Below are positions 50,294 to 53,573 of a stretch of DNA of 53,573 nucleotides, piece after piece. The translations under genes and the position numbers were made by a program. Under the pieces are notes generated by a model that was given only the letters and a program-made list of their open reading frames with translations, searched no databases and was not told the DNA's origin. Every line of letters starts with the position of its first letter. Within the stretch, counting starts at the first letter, position 1. The stretch comes from Dimargaris cristalligena (Eukaryota), in contig ML002266.1 of the NCBI GenBank assembly GCA_003614675.1, positions 1 to 53,573 on the forward strand. The letters run 5' to 3'.

Positions 50294-51046
50294 TTAACAA
50301 TACTCAGTGATTTTTAGCCAGTCAATGTAGGCATAGTAGGCGCTGGCAATGTTCCAGTCCACTACCCCGGCCCAAAAGCTATTTTGCGATCCATCCCATA
50401 CGCCCATGCGCAAGGTATTTGCCTGGGCGGGGTACGGTTTGCTGGTTCCCCGGGGCAGGGTCCGCACCAGGGCCCCGTTCACGAACCACTGGACATGCTG
50501 GGGCGTAAACTCAATGGCATAGCGCAGAAACCCGTCGGTCGCCCCCTGTGCGGAGTGGTAGCCCGGCAATTCATCGCCCGCCACCCGCTGACCGTCCACG
50601 AAATACATGGACTGCACCCGGTGGGCGTCCATGCCGACCCATTCCAAATCCAGCTCGTCTTTGGGGGTGGCGCCCTGCATGATGAAGGCGGTCACGACTC
50701 CGGAAGTGGGGCCGGCCTTAATGAGGGCCTCGATCCGGCCGCTGCGGATGGGCTTGGGGTACACTACGGTGGTGCCCCCGCAGGCTTGGGTGAGTCGCCA
50801 AACCATGGCGCCGTTTTCAATGTAGGCATTTTCGGGACACCAGTCAACGCGGAAATCTTTCATTTCGTCGGCAGAGTTGAAGTTCCACTCCTTGGTGGAA
50901 CAGACGGACTGCGCTACAGTGGGCTGGAATACGGAAAGAAGGAGGAGGGCTTGTAGAGCCAGGGTCACCAGCCGGAGAAGACGGGGTGGAGATGGTGCCG
51001 CTAGGGTGCGCTGCGTAAGCGGCGGTGGCGTAGAGTTTGGGCGCAT
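50294..51046 (-). CDS. Secreted glycoside hydrolase family 16 (Crh-like transglycosylase/glucanase), 250 aa
   Basis: ATG at 51046, hydrophobic signal LLRLVTLALQALLLLSVFQPTVA, SGVVTAFI, catalytic DELDLEWVG (ExDxE), YAIEFTP...WFVNGALVRTL, YP and GVWDG. Confidence 0.92.
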   Translation of the reverse strand: MRPNSTPPPLTQRTLAAPSPPRLLRLVTLALQALLLLSVFQPTVAQSVCSTKEWNFNSADEMKDFRVDWCPENAYIENGAMVWRLTQACGGTTVVYPKPIRSGRIEALIKAGPTSGVVTAFIMQGATPKDELDLEWVGMDAHRVQSMYFVDGQRVAGDELPGYHSAQGATDGFLRYAIEFTPQHVQWFVNGALVRTLPRGTSKPYPAQANTLRMGVWDGSQNSFWAGVVDWNIASAYYAYIDWLKITEYC

Positions 51047-53573
51047 GGTTGTAGAATAATGGCGCGACGGAAAGGCGGGGGGCTGGTAATGGGTGGGGTA
51101 ATTTGAAGCTAGCTGGAGTTCCAATTAAACCGATACCGGTCCTTGTAAAATTCAAAACTATGTGAATGGACAGGTAGGCGTTGTAGTTTGTGCAATAATA
51201 TAGTCTGGGTACTCTCCAAAATACAGATTTTACAAAAAAAAGGGCTAAAAACGAGCATTCGCATGTACAGAAATTAACAATGAATAAAGTTATAAGCCGG
51301 GAGGGGGAGCGGGTTTGAATACGGATCACAAAAAAGTTCAACAATGATTCAGGAGCGAGCCCACGGGCTTTTAAAGTCCGGGATGAGCGGACTTTCTCTG
51401 ATTACCATCAAGGCCCTCTGTCTCTCTCACACCCTCCCTAACCCTCCTTGATTTTTTTTAGAACTCAGCGTTATTTGACCACTGATTGGAGCAAGCTAGC
51501 CATAGCCCTTCTCCTCCTTCTCTTCCCCCCTTATCCCCTTTATTACATAATCTTCGTGGAAGTGTATTGGTGCCAGTTCCGATGCGGTATGTTTCTTACT
51601 TGGATGATCCCATCTTCACCTCCCCCCCCTGTAATCCATTTGGCTGTGAGATTGCTCATGTTCCGCTCTTTTGACCATTCCCCTTTTAAGCTGTCCTGTA
51701 ATAGATTGATTACCCAAATACGGTATTCTAAAGCGAGGTCCAAAAAAATAAAATCGATATTGAAAAGGATGTCTAATAACCAGATTCTTTCCAACATTCC
51801 CGTCTGAATCGACATGAGAATGGAGGGCTGATCATTTTACCTTCATATCCAGGAACAATATCTATTTTCCCGCTCTTGCCGGTTTGCATTTGATTTATTT
51901 ATGCATCCTAGGCTCATGTAGGCGGGGGGAAGTGCATTTGTATGCGTATTTCTGGTTGGCGCACCATATGAGTGTAGGTCAATTTATATGATTTTCATTT
52001 ATATTGAGGCATTCCCAACTCATCAGTGAATAGACGATGGATTCCAGCAAATCATGAGGAGAAGGAGGACAGGTGGAGATGGAAAAAGCGGAAGAGGAGG
52101 TTGATAAAATACGTATTACGGATCAAGATCCGGGTGGAACTTTAGCCATTAGATAGCATGAATATAGGTGTGGATGGCTGACTGTATGATTCAGTCTAGT
52201 ATGCCGGAATACCCTTTGCAGCCTCAGGCATTAGTCCTTACACTCGGCTTATAAAGGGGTTCCAAAAGCCCAAAGCCATAAGGTGAGAGGATACGGCTGG
52301 TCATTGAATCAGTTGGTCGGTGGGTGAGTGGGACTGGAGGAGGGATGATAGTCGAATGGTGTGGGCACGACCGGACGGGACTTCCCACCGGATAAAGAGA
52401 ATGGGCTGGGCAGGGTCACCTGAGTCGGTCACAGATCATCGTAGTAGGCAGCTGAATGGAACCATGCCAGTCAGTAAATATACAAAATAAATATAAACCA
52501 GAACCCCATGACGTTCATACCGCCGGGCGGGAGTTGAGCAGCGCCCAAGCGAGAACGTGAGACAATACCAGAAAGGGGCAGAAGAAGGTGTATCTGACAA
52601 TAAATACGTTGGAATGTCACTCTACTACTGTGTACCTTTTATTCACAATACATTTACCCTGGACAGTGCATTTATTTTTGGGACCCTAAAAACAATGGGC
52701 CGGGGGAAGGACGAGAAGGGGACCATGTCATCGATTTAGCCCATCGGATCTTGTTCTGGCGCTGGTAGTATTGATTATTATATTGCCATTAGTGTTTGGT
52801 TTTAAATGACTCTAAACGGAGGTGGGTCTGGGACTGCTATAAATGTTACTTTCTATGGTTAATGCGTAAATTGTCTGTGGGGTTGCAGTTGCAAGAATAT
52901 CAGACCAATGCCCATAAGCAATATAAATGTAATTTTGGATTGCTCCTTAGAATACGAAAGAAGTCCAGTTCAAGTAGACAAGAAAACATAATATTCCCTT
53001 GATTGGCTGGAATCAGTCAAGACTAGCCGATCTAGCTATCCCTAAATGATATCACTGTTCGTTTCCATTAGCTGAATCGAAATTTATTTATCTGCTTTCA
53101 TTAATCGATTAAATTAAGATTAATGGCAACTCTCGAGTGCATGTACATTGCTATTCGATTGTAATGTATGGTACACATGTGTGAATTATATTATCTGCCG
53201 AGATCGATGTTATATATTGGGGAAAGCTGGGCGGCCCCATAGTGATGGTGGTCACTTAAATGGCATGATTGAGCTATAGACAACCTATCAAATTACACTA
53301 CGGTCCACTATATATCCCAAATTATACCACCCAAACCACAAGAATTTACGGCAAAAAAATAGATAATAAAAGTTGTATTATTGAGTTTTTTCTTTGTTGT
53401 GATATAGCCAAACGGCTATAGTAGTATTGGGCATTGCCCTATTTATTTTTACCCTTTTTATTGAAACCACCGTCCATACTTAGGTGATTAGTCAAGGAAT
53501 TGGCGCTGCTAGCCTAAATATTCCCTTTTTATAGTTGTTATTGTTATACAACGTCTATATATTTATTGTTGAT

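Noticed and set aside
50384-50956. 190-aa ORF antisense to GH16
   Set aside because: Typical antisense shadow of a GC3-rich gene.

Overview
Eukaryotic, intron-containing fungal DNA. GTAAGT/GTAAGC donors, CTRAC-like branch points, a velvet gene and a Crh-type GH16 all point to a fungus. The long introns, low gene density and secreted-protein style suggest an early-diverging lineage, possibly a Zoopagomycota mycoparasite such as Dimargaris (inference only). Ten intact genes can be supported: an atypical HSP20-domain protein, beta-carbonic anhydrase (2 exons), a secreted pepsin-fold protein with degenerate catalytic motifs, MED31/SOH1 (3 exons), MDM35 (2 exons), UBP3 (2 exons), DFG10-like polyprenol reductase, a VosA-like velvet regulator behind a ~13.8 kb gene-poor stretch, a 3-exon disordered protein, and a secreted GH16. 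Between MED31 and MDM35 is a small island the ORF track fragments. It holds a 412-codon spliced gene encoding signal peptide + acidic tract + F-box-like motif, interrupted only by three in-frame stops, and a divergent relic resembling an S28 peptidase. The secreted F-box is the most striking item, a candidate host-SCF-hijacking effector. No RNA genes, transposons or CRISPR arrays were recognised.
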